The notes below the pieces were generated by a model that worked only from the letters and a program-made list of their open reading frames with translations, searched no databases and was not told the origin of the DNA. This document shows positions 9,781-19,888 of a stretch of DNA of 64,000 bases, piece by piece; positions within the stretch are counted from its first letter, which is position 1; each line of letters opens with the position of its first letter. The stretch comes from an uncultured Gammaproteobacteria bacterium. GTDB taxonomy: Bacteria; Patescibacteriota; Microgenomatia; Daviesbacterales; UBA10151. The stretch spans positions 197,347 through 261,346 of the forward strand of contig CAZCNP010000002.1 in NCBI GenBank assembly GCA_964500725.1, in the 5' to 3' direction. Made by a program: the position numbers and the translations under genes.

Positions 9781-11451
9781 ATGACAAAGTTAATAAGCTA
9801 CTTTGTACGATCTAAATATATAATAGGACTTTTATTAATTTTCTCAGTCTTTTTACTGCTTTTATTTAAAGATCCTTTTTCCCAAAGAACTTTAATACCC
9901 AATTTTGAACCATATCCTGATACTTTTTATTATATAAATCCTGCTTTGAACTTAATAAAAGGAATGGGTTTTAATATTAATAGGGAGGGAAAAGTTTATT
10001 ACGCCAACGTACCTCCTTTATATGCATTTAGTTTAATACCAGTATTCCTGTTGAGAGCTGATCCCAGAATGGCATATTATTCCAATGTACTGTTGGCAAT
10101 TACCTCCTTTTTCTTCTTTTGGGCAATTTTAAAAAAGATTTCGCCGAATAGAGTAATTACATATTTCCTAATAATTATATATAGCACAAACTATTTTATT
10201 TATTGGGTTCCTTCTTTAATTATGGCGGAAAATTTGATTCTAACCTTATATCTAGCAGCAATTTTTTTTCTTATATCAGAAGTAACGATTAGGAATTCAT
10301 TGATAATTGCATTTCTGGCAATGGGCATTTATGCCACTAAATTTGCAAGTATTCCTGTTTTAATATCAATAATTCTTCTATTTTTTATCAAGGTTTTATT
10401 TGGTAGGTTTGAATTAAACCAAAAGATTAGATATGGATTGATTTTTTTAGTAACGATACTTATTTGTTTTATTGTATTGGAAATATTTTTAGAGATTAAT
10501 AATCATGTTAGTCTTATCTCAAGGGTTTTATATAATCTTTCATTAATACAAACTAGTCTAACTGAAGTTTCTGGAGTAGTTGAAAAGCCAAGTTCAGCAG
10601 CTTGGTTTGGGGTACAATATATAAAACAGAATCTTCCGCTCTATATAAACTCTTTACTTGGTAATCCAAACCGATTTTTGTGGGATAATACCCCGCTAGT
10701 GCCAAAATTAATAGCTCTGGGTGGCATTACTGGAATTTTAGGAGGTTTTCTAAATAAAAAATTCAGATTTATATCTCTTGTATTGTTATTGTTTATGGTA
10801 TCAACAATAATTTTCCAATCTATGTTTTATTCTTTTGATGCCCGGTATATCTACATTGCCATACCGTCATTGATAATGGGATTTGGATTCTTGCTGATTA
10901 TTTTTTCTCAAGGTATAACACTAAAAAGGTCATTAATAGTAAATACTTTCATCCTTATTTTACTTACTGTTTACCTAGTGAGCAGTTCTAGTAGGATTAA
11001 AGATCAAATTAGTCTAAATTTAAGACATGCGGAAACGCCCTGGCATTATATTGCCGTTCTAGAGGCTAATAAATACTTTATAGCAGATAAAATTAAAAGT
11101 AGTAAGAAACCCATATTAATTTCTGCGCAGCCACCATTTTTAGTGGATTATTTTACTAACGGTAATTATACATTGTTACCTTTATCATCTGAACAGGAAT
11201 TTAGGGGACAGGAAACCCGTGAAATAGTTTGGGGCCCTAATGATTATTCGGACCTACCAAGGCTTTATACAAAATATTTAAAAGAAGGATTTGATGTGTA
11301 TGTATCTAGAGCAGGGTTAGGCAATGAGGGGTACACAAATAGAGATTTTAATACCATAGTTGAAAAATTTGAGACAAAGCTTGTCCAGCCTGGTTGTTAT
11401 GATCAGTGTAATATATATAGTGTGAAATTAAAAGAGAAAAATGGTAATTAG
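9781..11451 (+). CDS. Polytopic membrane protein, putative GT-C glycosyltransferase with a C-terminal soluble domain
   Basis: About 11 predicted hydrophobic helices followed by a roughly 150-aa hydrophilic C-terminus. Lies in a run of GT-C genes; family assignment not verified. Confidence 0.4.
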   Translation: MTKLISYFVRSKYIIGLLLIFSVFLLLLFKDPFSQRTLIPNFEPYPDTFYYINPALNLIKGMGFNINREGKVYYANVPPLYAFSLIPVFLLRADPRMAYYSNVLLAITSFFFFWAILKKISPNRVITYFLIIIYSTNYFIYWVPSLIMAENLILTLYLAAIFFLISEVTIRNSLIIAFLAMGIYATKFASIPVLISIILLFFIKVLFGRFELNQKIRYGLIFLVTILICFIVLEIFLEINNHVSLISRVLYNLSLIQTSLTEVSGVVEKPSSAAWFGVQYIKQNLPLYINSLLGNPNRFLWDNTPLVPKLIALGGITGILGGFLNKKFRFISLVLLLFMVSTIIFQSMFYSFDARYIYIAIPSLIMGFGFLLIIFSQGITLKRSLIVNTFILILLTVYLVSSSSRIKDQISLNLRHAETPWHYIAVLEANKYFIADKIKSSKKPILISAQPPFLVDYFTNGNYTLLPLSSEQEFRGQETREIVWGPNDYSDLPRLYTKYLKEGFDVYVSRAGLGNEGYTNRDFNTIVEKFETKLVQPGCYDQCNIYSVKLKEKNGN

Positions 11452-12565
11452 TGCTCCAAAAAGATTCAATTTGCTGATTATCTTTAGTTTGTGGCGGTGT
11501 TTAATATTTGTTCCTTTAATAGTTTCAGCATCAATAATTTCTTATAATGATGATTACCCTATTGCTTATATATTTAAGTATATTAATTCAGATTTATCTT
11601 TTAATTCTATTTTCTTGAATCCTTGGGCAAATTTTGACGGAATTCATTATTTAAACATTGCCCAATTTGGTTACACCAATCAAGCCAGGTTCTTTCCACT
11701 ATTTCCTTTATTATTAAAGCCTTTTGCTAGTTCAGAAGTTGTCAGCCTAATATTTGTAAGCGCTATATTTGTTCTTTGTCTTTACTTTCTTAAAAAACTT
11801 ATTGCATTAGATTTTTCCGAAGAGATAGCAAGAAGAAGCTTAATATACCTGTTGCTTTTTCCTACCTCTTTTTTCTTTGTCAGCATTTATTCTGAGGGTT
11901 TGTTTTTACTTTTGGCTATCCTGTCATTTTATTTTGCCAGAAAGAAGAAATGGTTTTTTTCAGTTATCTGCGCAATGCTGCTGATGACCACCAGGTTTGT
12001 GGGGGTTGCCATATTGCCGGCTTTGCTGTATGAATTTTTAACTAGCAATAAAGTTAGCTTGCAAAAATTAGCCCTTTTTTTAGTTGCTCCTTTAGGGCTT
12101 TTTGCATATTCATTATTTAATTTCTATAAATGGAATAATTTTTTATATTTTATACAGGCACAAGGGGAGTTAGGAAACAACAGGTCTGTGAACTCTATTG
12201 TGCTTTTTCCTCAAACTATTTTCCGGTATTTTAAAATTCTTTCTACCGTACCAATAAACTCTTATGATTGGATGATTGCATTATTAGAATTGGGTTCTTT
12301 TATATTTGCAGGGTCGTTACTATATTTTGCTTGGAAGAAGAAAATCAGAACAAGCTATTTAATATTTGCTGGTGTTAATTTTGCCATAATTACTGCAACA
12401 GGGACTTTTTCAGGGTTACCAAGATATATACTTACACTATTTCCTATTTTTATGGTTTTAGCTTTGGTAACAAATAAAATACTTAAGGTTACTTATGTTT
12501 TAATTTCCCCTATTCTGCTTTTTTTATTACTCATGCTTTTTTCAAGAGGATACTTTGTAGCATAA
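11441..12565 (+). CDS. PIG-V/Gpi18-like (Mannosyl_trans2, GT76-like) GT-C membrane mannosyltransferase. Paralog of 61678..62736.
   Basis: The motif FDGIHYLNIAQFGYTNQARFFPLFP...YSEGLFLLLAILSFYFARKKK resembles the WDxxHYLxIAxxGY...AFFP signature of the PIG-V family. The paralog at 61678 reads WDGGHFLGIADGYDKYFQYAFFPLYP...YSEALFLFLAIATFYFARKRR. Confidence 0.5.
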   Translation: MVISAPKRFNLLIIFSLWRCLIFVPLIVSASIISYNDDYPIAYIFKYINSDLSFNSIFLNPWANFDGIHYLNIAQFGYTNQARFFPLFPLLLKPFASSEVVSLIFVSAIFVLCLYFLKKLIALDFSEEIARRSLIYLLLFPTSFFFVSIYSEGLFLLLAILSFYFARKKKWFFSVICAMLLMTTRFVGVAILPALLYEFLTSNKVSLQKLALFLVAPLGLFAYSLFNFYKWNNFLYFIQAQGELGNNRSVNSIVLFPQTIFRYFKILSTVPINSYDWMIALLELGSFIFAGSLLYFAWKKKIRTSYLIFAGVNFAIITATGTFSGLPRYILTLFPIFMVLALVTNKILKVTYVLISPILLFLLLMLFSRGYFVA

Positions 12566-12572
12566 TTGAATT

Positions 12573-13958
12573 ATGATTTGGACAATAATTATTCTAGCAA
12601 TTATCTTAAGGTCAATAAATTTAAATCAAAGTTTATGGTTTGATGAGGCGATTAATGTAGTTGTGGCAAGCTTTAGTGATTTTTGGTTTCTTGTAACGAA
12701 ATATTCTATTGGTGATTTTCACCCTCCTGGTTGGTTTGTAATTTTGTGGGGATGGGGTAAAGTATTGGGGTTTTCTGAAATATCTGTAAGGATACCTTCT
12801 GTGATATTAGGTACAAGTACAGTTGGATTAGTTTATTTATTTGGTAAGGATATATTTAACAGAAAAACTGCCCTTTTAGCTTCTTTATTTTTGGCAATTG
12901 CTCCACTGCATGTTTACTATTCTCAGGAAGCAAGAATGTATGCTTTTTCTGCCTTTGCTGTTACTTTATCTTTTTACTTTCTCAATCGTTTGGTCTTAAA
13001 CAAAAAGCTGGCTGGAATAGGCTTTGTTGTAAGCTTAATGTTGGTTTTGTATTCTGATTATTTAGCGTATCTTGTTATACCTGCGCAGATTATTTATTTG
13101 ATTTGGGTAAAGAAACTGTCAAAAAAAATACTGGCAGGATATTTGATGTCTATAGTAACTCTTTTGCCGTGGCTGACCATTTTTCCTACCCAGCTTCAGA
13201 CAGGGTTAAATAAATCTATCAGTTTGCCTGGCTGGGGGCAGGTTGTAGGTGGGAGTAATATCAAAGACTTATTACTAATCCCAGTAAAATTCTTTTTCGG
13301 TAGAATTACTATCCTAAATAAATATATTTATTTAGGAATATCAGCCTTTGTAGGTATTATTTTTGGAAGTGCGTGTTTTGTTGGACTTAAAAAATTAGAT
13401 CAGTCCACAAAGCTTTTTATATGTTGGATATTTATCCCTATAACTTCAGCTTTTTTAATTTCATTTTTTATTCCTGTTTTATCCTATTTTAGGTTGCTTT
13501 ATATTTTGCCAGCCTTTTATTTTCTATTAAGTAAAGGTATAGAAAATTTGCCTAAAAAGTTTGCAAACCTAGCACTGGTTATTATTTGTTTAGTTTCTCT
13601 AGTTTCACTTGCTGGATATTATTTAAATCCTCAATTTCAAAGAGAAGACTGGAGAGGGGCAATAAATTTTATTTCACAAAATATGGATAGAAATAGTGTA
13701 GTAATTTTTGAAAATAATGAGGTACCTGCACCAGCAAGATATTACAATCCTGATTTATCAAACTTTAAACCAGGGATTTCAGCAGATTTGGCAGGTGATC
13801 TAGAAAATAAAAACAAGGTATTTCTTTTTGAATATTTGTCAGATGTTTATGACCCCCAAAGACTAGTTGAGCAAAAACTAAAGGGTCTAAATTTTATTGA
13901 AACTAAAGTTTATAATTTTGCAGGGGTGGGACTTGTAAGAGAGTATCGAAAACAATGA
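12573..13958 (+). CDS. ArnT/PMT-type GT-C glycosyltransferase (GT39/GT83-like)
   Basis: LWFDEAINVV (the DE motif of the first extracytoplasmic loop), RIPSVILGTSTVGLVYLFGKDIFNRKTALLASLFLAIAPLHVYYSQEARMYA. This closely matches the ArnT / dolichyl-phosphate-mannose protein mannosyltransferase N-terminal signature. Confidence 0.8.
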   Translation: MIWTIIILAIILRSINLNQSLWFDEAINVVVASFSDFWFLVTKYSIGDFHPPGWFVILWGWGKVLGFSEISVRIPSVILGTSTVGLVYLFGKDIFNRKTALLASLFLAIAPLHVYYSQEARMYAFSAFAVTLSFYFLNRLVLNKKLAGIGFVVSLMLVLYSDYLAYLVIPAQIIYLIWVKKLSKKILAGYLMSIVTLLPWLTIFPTQLQTGLNKSISLPGWGQVVGGSNIKDLLLIPVKFFFGRITILNKYIYLGISAFVGIIFGSACFVGLKKLDQSTKLFICWIFIPITSAFLISFFIPVLSYFRLLYILPAFYFLLSKGIENLPKKFANLALVIICLVSLVSLAGYYLNPQFQREDWRGAINFISQNMDRNSVVIFENNEVPAPARYYNPDLSNFKPGISADLAGDLENKNKVFLFEYLSDVYDPQRLVEQKLKGLNFIETKVYNFAGVGLVREYRKQ

Positions 13959-15478
13959 ATTTTTTTGCAAAAAATGAACTATTAATACTAATTTTTTTAT
14001 TGGCATTAGTGCTTAGATTTTTGTATTTTCCTCAAAATACCTATTTTGGTTTTGATCAGGCAAGGGATGCCTATGCGGTAAAAGAAATATTGGCAGGTAA
14101 TTTAAAAATTGTAGGCCCCCCCACTGCCAATGGAGTTTTTCATCACGGGGTCGCTTATTATTATATTTTTGCCCCATTTTATTTAATCTCTGGTGGAGAC
14201 CCTGTTTTTGTTTCAGCATTTTTGAGATTTTTGAATGCAGCCGTGGTATTTATTGTTTATTTTATTGGATTAGCGCTGTTTGGAAGGATAGCTGCACTTG
14301 TGGCCAGTTTTCTTTTTGCTATCTCTTATGAACAAACCCAGTTCTCTCTATTTTTAAACCATCCTTCTTTGGCTGTTGTGTCAGTTTTGATATTCCACTT
14401 AGGTCTTGCATATTGGATCTTTAGAGGAAAAAATCGGGGGTTTTTTGCAGCTCTTTTTGGGCTGGGACTATCTATTCAATTTGAGTTTGTAGAAACACAA
14501 CTTGTGGCAGTTTTTATTTTATTTCTTATTTTTTTTAGAAGACATTTACCTAAGTTTACAGTTCAGAATACTAGTATCTCTCTAATGGCACTTTTGCTGC
14601 CATTATCCTCATACATAATTTCGGAAATAAAAAATAACTTTGCAACCATCAAACAAGCGCCTTCAGTACTAACAGGTTTTTCGGGTGGATTAGGTTTAAC
14701 AAATAAAATATCCCAATTTTTATTTATAATTAATCGTCACTTTACTGATAACTTCGCTGCAAATAATGTGATCTCTATATTATTTGGATTAATATTCTTA
14801 GTATTGCTTATATTTTTATTAATAAATAAAATTCAACGAAGACAATTGGTCTTTTTATCTTTGTGGTTTTTTGGAGGATTGTTAGTTTATTTTTTCATAA
14901 ACAATGATGCATATTTTTATAATACTGGCACATCGATATCACTGTTAATTTTTGCCGGATTTTTATTATCTTGGGTATTTTCTAAAACTAAGTTAGTAGC
15001 TTTAATTATCTTAACTCTAATAGTATTTTCAAATATGATTTTGATAACGAAAAATAATCCATTAGGGCCAAATCAAAAGATTAATCCTCAAATTGGTTTA
15101 ACTATAAAAGATGAACAAAAAGTAATAGATTTTATTTATCAGCAGGCGGAAGGAAAAGAGTTTGCTGTTAACGGCCTGACTATGCCATACAATGTAAATA
15201 CCACTTGGAGCTATTTGTTTGAATGGTATGGGAAAGATAAATATGGGTATGTTCCTATCTGGGGAGGGGACGGCGCAGCAGGTTTCCCAGGGGGATTACA
15301 AATAGAAACAGCCAGAAGTAAACTGCCAGCAAAGCGTTTTTTAATTATCGAACCACAAGAAGGAATTCCATCTTATATTGCCAAAGACTTTTTGTTAAAT
15401 GAAGGGAATTATACTAAAGTAATAGGTGAGAAAAAGATTGGAGCTTTGAAGGTTTTGATACAGCAGCCGAAAGAATGA
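13955..15478 (+). CDS. ArnT/PMT-like GT-C glycosyltransferase. Paralog of 15475..17022.
   Basis: FGFDQARDAY loop motif followed by a hydrophobic core. Alignable with the next ORF (GPPTANGVFHHGVAYYYIFAPFYL vs GPRSGAIPGLFHGPLWLYLNLPAFML). Confidence 0.6.
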   Translation: MNFFAKNELLILIFLLALVLRFLYFPQNTYFGFDQARDAYAVKEILAGNLKIVGPPTANGVFHHGVAYYYIFAPFYLISGGDPVFVSAFLRFLNAAVVFIVYFIGLALFGRIAALVASFLFAISYEQTQFSLFLNHPSLAVVSVLIFHLGLAYWIFRGKNRGFFAALFGLGLSIQFEFVETQLVAVFILFLIFFRRHLPKFTVQNTSISLMALLLPLSSYIISEIKNNFATIKQAPSVLTGFSGGLGLTNKISQFLFIINRHFTDNFAANNVISILFGLIFLVLLIFLLINKIQRRQLVFLSLWFFGGLLVYFFINNDAYFYNTGTSISLLIFAGFLLSWVFSKTKLVALIILTLIVFSNMILITKNNPLGPNQKINPQIGLTIKDEQKVIDFIYQQAEGKEFAVNGLTMPYNVNTTWSYLFEWYGKDKYGYVPIWGGDGAAGFPGGLQIETARSKLPAKRFLIIEPQEGIPSYIAKDFLLNEGNYTKVIGEKKIGALKVLIQQPKE

Positions 15479-17022
15479 AAAAGTATTTAATTTTATTACT
15501 AATTATTTTTAACATTTTACTGGCTTCTAGGTGGGTAATTGATGGGAATATTTTTTTTCACACTGATATTGCCAGGGATTTTTTGCTTATAGAAGACATT
15601 GTAGATAACAAGCATTTAACACTGATTGGTCCCAGGTCTGGGGCTATTCCTGGTTTATTTCATGGTCCTCTTTGGCTTTATTTAAATTTACCAGCATTTA
15701 TGCTTGGCGGAGGGAATCCTGTATATGTAGGATGGTTCTGGGTAATATTATATATAGTAAGTTTAGGGATAATTTATTATGTTGGCAAAAGAATATTTGA
15801 TAAAACGATAGGGATACTGTCTGCATTGCTTTTATCTGTAGTAACTATTCCTATGGTAAAAACTTTGTTTAATCCTTTTGGGGCGTTGATGCTTTTCCCG
15901 CTTTATTTTTATTTCCTTATTAATTATCTACAAGTAAAGAAGATGAAAATATTGGCGTTCGCAATTTTTATACTGGGGTTAATTATTCAATTTCAAATGG
16001 CCTTTGGGGTGCCTATTGGAATTTTGACATTTTTTTATTTAATATATGTTTGGTATAAAAATAAGAAACTTTTTCATATGGCTTCTTTGTTAGTATTGGT
16101 GCTTCCTTTATCTAGTCATTTATTATTTGAAATAAGAAATAATTTTCTGCAAACCAAGTCTGTTTTAAACTATATTGCTGGCACAGAAAGCCATGGCAAA
16201 TTAAATCTTAATTTTTTCCAGCTTATTGGGGTAAGGGTAAGCGAGATGGTAAAAGATGGATTAGGAGTATTAGCTCAAAATAATGTGTATATTACAGTGT
16301 TTATCTTGTTGACTTTAGGCTTTGCATTTTTTAAAGTTTTTAAAAGCAAAACTCAAAAAGGAGAAGTTTATTTTTTGGCAGCTTATTTTTATTTAGGATT
16401 TTGGCTTATGAGTTTATTCTTTAAAGGGCAAGTTTGGAACTACTACTATATCCCATTTATTCCTTTGCTAATTTTGATTCTAGTAGGTGCTAAAAATTAT
16501 ATGAATAGGTGGGTATTTTATTTGCTATTTTCTTTAATCTATTTTGTAAATATACAGCCGGCGATTAAAGATGTGTTGATATATAATCCAAATCCTTCAG
16601 AGCAGGATGTTAGTACTTGGAAATTTAATCAACTTGTTGCTCAAAAAGTTTTTGATGGTAGCGAGAAAGAATTTGGATACTTTATTTTTACACCAGATTT
16701 GTATGGATACTCCCCAAGGTATGCATTAAATTATTATCAAAAACAGAACCTGCAAAAAAAAGTATACTCCTATCAAAAGAAGCACGTTACTTATCTAGTA
16801 ATAGCGCCTCCTCCTATATATGGAAAAGACCCCAGTAGTATTTGGTATCAAAAGAATACCAATAGTACACTTTGGAAAAATAATGACGTTAGAATTAACA
16901 ATAAGCCTGTATCAGTTAGCTCATTTAATAATGGATTTTTAATCGAAAAATATAATTTGTCAGATGAAGAAATCAAAGTTGAACCTAATCAATATCTTAT
17001 CAAAGACATCTTTTTTAGATGA
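15475..17022 (+). CDS. ArnT/PMT-like GT-C glycosyltransferase. Paralog of 13955..15478.
   Basis: See 13955..15478. HTDIARDF loop motif. The start overlaps the upstream stop. Confidence 0.6.
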   Translation: MKKYLILLLIIFNILLASRWVIDGNIFFHTDIARDFLLIEDIVDNKHLTLIGPRSGAIPGLFHGPLWLYLNLPAFMLGGGNPVYVGWFWVILYIVSLGIIYYVGKRIFDKTIGILSALLLSVVTIPMVKTLFNPFGALMLFPLYFYFLINYLQVKKMKILAFAIFILGLIIQFQMAFGVPIGILTFFYLIYVWYKNKKLFHMASLLVLVLPLSSHLLFEIRNNFLQTKSVLNYIAGTESHGKLNLNFFQLIGVRVSEMVKDGLGVLAQNNVYITVFILLTLGFAFFKVFKSKTQKGEVYFLAAYFYLGFWLMSLFFKGQVWNYYYIPFIPLLILILVGAKNYMNRWVFYLLFSLIYFVNIQPAIKDVLIYNPNPSEQDVSTWKFNQLVAQKVFDGSEKEFGYFIFTPDLYGYSPRYALNYYQKQNLQKKVYSYQKKHVTYLVIAPPPIYGKDPSSIWYQKNTNSTLWKNNDVRINNKPVSVSSFNNGFLIEKYNLSDEEIKVEPNQYLIKDIFFR

Positions 17023-18878
17023 AGATTTTAATTTTCAAACTGATATTTATACTTTTAGTTTTTATTTTTTTGCTCCCCCAAAATATAAATGCGGATGAAG
17101 GAATTAATTGCGGCAATCGTTTTGTAACGCTTGTAAATCCAGTAAGAAATAGAAGTCTTTGGCATGATAAATCAGTCAAACCATTAATAAGCCAGTATGG
17201 TTTGATAAAACAAATAAATGCGCCTGCAACTTGGTTACTGCAGTATGATGTATTAACTGATTTACAGTTGCTTGCAGAAATAAAAAAATTTGATAAAGCT
17301 CATGAGCTGGGAGTTTTCTTGGAAGTATCACCTGTCTTCGCAGAGGCTTCGAGGGTAATTTATCCGGACGGGGTACCCTGGTATAGTCCTGGGGCAGTTT
17401 TCCTTTCTTCTTATACTCAATCTGAAAGAAGAAGGTTGCTTGATACAGTTTTTAGAGCGTTCAAGGATCAGTTTGGAAGTTACCCTACCTCTGTTGGTGC
17501 TTGGTGGATAGATTCGTATTCATTAAATTATTTGAAAGAAAAATACAATATTACTACTGCTTTAATTGTTGCAGATCAAAAAACAACTGACAATTATGGA
17601 GTTTGGGGACAATGGTGGGGAGTTCCTTACTACCCTTCAAAAGCAAATATTTTAACACCAGCAAGTAGCTTAGTAAGCAAACAGAATGTTGTTGTATTGC
17701 AATGGGCTCAGCGGGATCCAATATTGGCAGTAGGGGAAGGCACTAAGTTTTCCAATTACTCCCTTCAGGCTAATGACTATATCAGGCAAGGTAAAAATAC
17801 GGATTATTTTAAAAATCTTGTTAATGTTTATTTGAGTTGCCAAAATCCTATTGGTCAAGTCACAGTAGGTTTAGAAACAGGCATAGAAAGTATAGGTCAT
17901 ATTCGAGAATATCAAAATCAGTTAACAGCTCTTAAAGAAATTAGTAGTTTACAGTTTGTAACAATGCGCCAGATGAGTGAGAAACTGGCAAAAGTTTACC
18001 AAGGTTTACTACAAGGCGCGCAGATTAAGCAGAATGATTCTATTTGGGAAATGACCACTGCAGGTAGGGTTAATAAGTATTTTAACGATCAGATAAAATA
18101 CCAGTCCGAAATTTCTTTTAGCGATTATTTTATCGCTGATAGGTCGGAGTTTTTATCCAGATATTTACAAAACATAAACAAACAAAAAAATACTTTTTGG
18201 TTTCCATGGTTTCCTATTGTTGTAGTAGGGCTTTTAATTATTGCTTATCAGAGAAAAATGATAAGGGTTTGGGTAATAAGCATACTTTTTACTCTGGCAG
18301 CTTTTGGATTAATTTTAAGATCCTATTATCAGTTTGGATGGAGTATCTATTTTGGCCCGAAATTACAGTATCTGGAATTTTTTCAAATGCTGGTTATTTT
18401 AGTTTCTTTTGGATTGGTGTGGTTTATAAATAAACAAAAGATATTTAAAATATATTTGTATAATTTATGGCTACTGCCTTTGATTTTTGGTTTTGATTTT
18501 ATTATCCAAACAATTAGATTTTCCTTAATATCGGGTAAATATTATATAGGTTTTGCGTTGGATGCTTTGCGGTTTGTCGGAGTAACTATTAAACCTTTTG
18601 GTAGTATTAATCTAATTAATCAGGATTTTCCTTCTTACATCTCGGCTGCTTTTTTAAGGGTAACCTTTAACAATTTCTGGAGAGATCCTCTGCAGGCATT
18701 ACTTTTATACCCTCTTGCCCATATTATATTAGCTTTGAGTGTTGGGATATTAATAGTAAAGCTGCCTCTAAGGCTTCAGAAGATATTTTTAGCTATATTG
18801 ATAATTTTGTTTTTACTACAACTAGGTAATATTTTTAATGCTGACCCGCGCCAGGTAACTCCAATTTTGTTACAATAA
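17019..18878 (+). CDS. Hypothetical membrane protein: signal/TM anchor, an extracytoplasmic domain of about 380 aa, and a C-terminal 5-6 TM domain
   Basis: N-terminal hydrophobic segment, then a hydrophilic Trp/Tyr-rich domain (WWIDSYSLNYL...GVWGQWWGVPYYP) suggestive of carbohydrate binding or processing, then multiple hydrophobic helices. No family recognised. Confidence 0.4.
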   Translation: MKILIFKLIFILLVFIFLLPQNINADEGINCGNRFVTLVNPVRNRSLWHDKSVKPLISQYGLIKQINAPATWLLQYDVLTDLQLLAEIKKFDKAHELGVFLEVSPVFAEASRVIYPDGVPWYSPGAVFLSSYTQSERRRLLDTVFRAFKDQFGSYPTSVGAWWIDSYSLNYLKEKYNITTALIVADQKTTDNYGVWGQWWGVPYYPSKANILTPASSLVSKQNVVVLQWAQRDPILAVGEGTKFSNYSLQANDYIRQGKNTDYFKNLVNVYLSCQNPIGQVTVGLETGIESIGHIREYQNQLTALKEISSLQFVTMRQMSEKLAKVYQGLLQGAQIKQNDSIWEMTTAGRVNKYFNDQIKYQSEISFSDYFIADRSEFLSRYLQNINKQKNTFWFPWFPIVVVGLLIIAYQRKMIRVWVISILFTLAAFGLILRSYYQFGWSIYFGPKLQYLEFFQMLVILVSFGLVWFINKQKIFKIYLYNLWLLPLIFGFDFIIQTIRFSLISGKYYIGFALDALRFVGVTIKPFGSINLINQDFPSYISAAFLRVTFNNFWRDPLQALLLYPLAHIILALSVGILIVKLPLRLQKIFLAILIILFLLQLGNIFNADPRQVTPILLQ

Positions 18879-19888
18879 TGAGGATGAAAGTTGGATTAGA
18901 TATTTCACAGATGGCACATAAGGGTGGAGTGGGGATTTATACCCAAAATTTGGCAGAACAGTTGTCTATTAGTCCTGATTTGGAGATGACGTATTTTTAT
19001 TCATCCCTGCGGATTCCATATAAAGGCAAATTGAAAAATGTTAAATCGTATAGATTGCCTCCAACACTTTTTGAAATGCTTTTTAACAGAATAAGAAACG
19101 TTAATATTGAAAAATTTATTGGCCCTGTTGATATATTTCATAGTTCAGATTGGACACAACCTCCCACTAAAGCCAAAAAGGTAACTACTTATCATGATGT
19201 TGTTCCTCTAAAGTATCCGGAGTGGTCGCATCCTAAAATTGTGGCGGTACATAAAAGAAGATTAGAGTTAGTAGAAAAGGAAATTGATATAGTGATTGCT
19301 GTTTCTGAGGCTACTAAAAGGGATTTGCTGGAAGTTTCTAAAATTCCAGAGGAAAAAATAACGGTTATCTATGAGGGTCCATCAAGTGATTTTAAACCTC
19401 AGTCTGAAGAGAAAAAGAAGCAGTTTAAGGCAAAGTATAACTTACCTGACAAATATATTTTGGCCATAGGAGGAGTGGGTGAGAGAAGAAATTTAGATAG
19501 GATTAGGCAGGCTTGCAAGGATTACAACTTAGTTATAGCAGGTATCACACTCCCCTGGTTGAGTATAGAAGAGTTGGGTTTGCTTTATTCTTGTGCTGAT
19601 GTTTTGCTTTACCCTTCGTTTTATGAAGGATTTGGTTTGCCTATACTTGATGCTCAAATTTGCGGATGTCCCGTTGTGACTTCTAATGTTTCAGCTATGC
19701 CTGAAACAGCAGGTAAGGGGGCCATATTAGTAGATCCTTATTCGACAGAAGATATTATCAGGGGCATCAGGGAGGTTGGGGAAATGAGGGAAGAATTAGT
19801 AAAAAGAGGATTTGAAAATGTAAAAAGATTTTCCTGGAAAAAAACTGCAGAACAAACTTCAGAAGTGTATCGGGGGCTGATGAAATGA
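18878..19888 (+). CDS. GT4 glycosyltransferase
   Basis: EGFGLPILDAQICGCPVVTSNVSAMPETAG, the GT4 C-terminal motif. Confidence 0.75.
   Translation: MRMKVGLDISQMAHKGGVGIYTQNLAEQLSISPDLEMTYFYSSLRIPYKGKLKNVKSYRLPPTLFEMLFNRIRNVNIEKFIGPVDIFHSSDWTQPPTKAKKVTTYHDVVPLKYPEWSHPKIVAVHKRRLELVEKEIDIVIAVSEATKRDLLEVSKIPEEKITVIYEGPSSDFKPQSEEKKKQFKAKYNLPDKYILAIGGVGERRNLDRIRQACKDYNLVIAGITLPWLSIEELGLLYSCADVLLYPSFYEGFGLPILDAQICGCPVVTSNVSAMPETAGKGAILVDPYSTEDIIRGIREVGEMREELVKRGFENVKRFSWKKTAEQTSEVYRGLMK

Noticed and set aside
14013-14219. Small ORFs antisense or in alternate frames within glycosyltransferase genes (1819..2007, 14013..14219, 17670..17858, 18197..18433, 19738..19926, 20096..20314, 21182..21394, 22444..22692, 27120..27524, 27974..28222, 28527..28712, 30231..30470, 30776..30994)
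   Set aside because: Each is nested inside a longer ORF that has recognisable family motifs. They are short, with no independent evidence.
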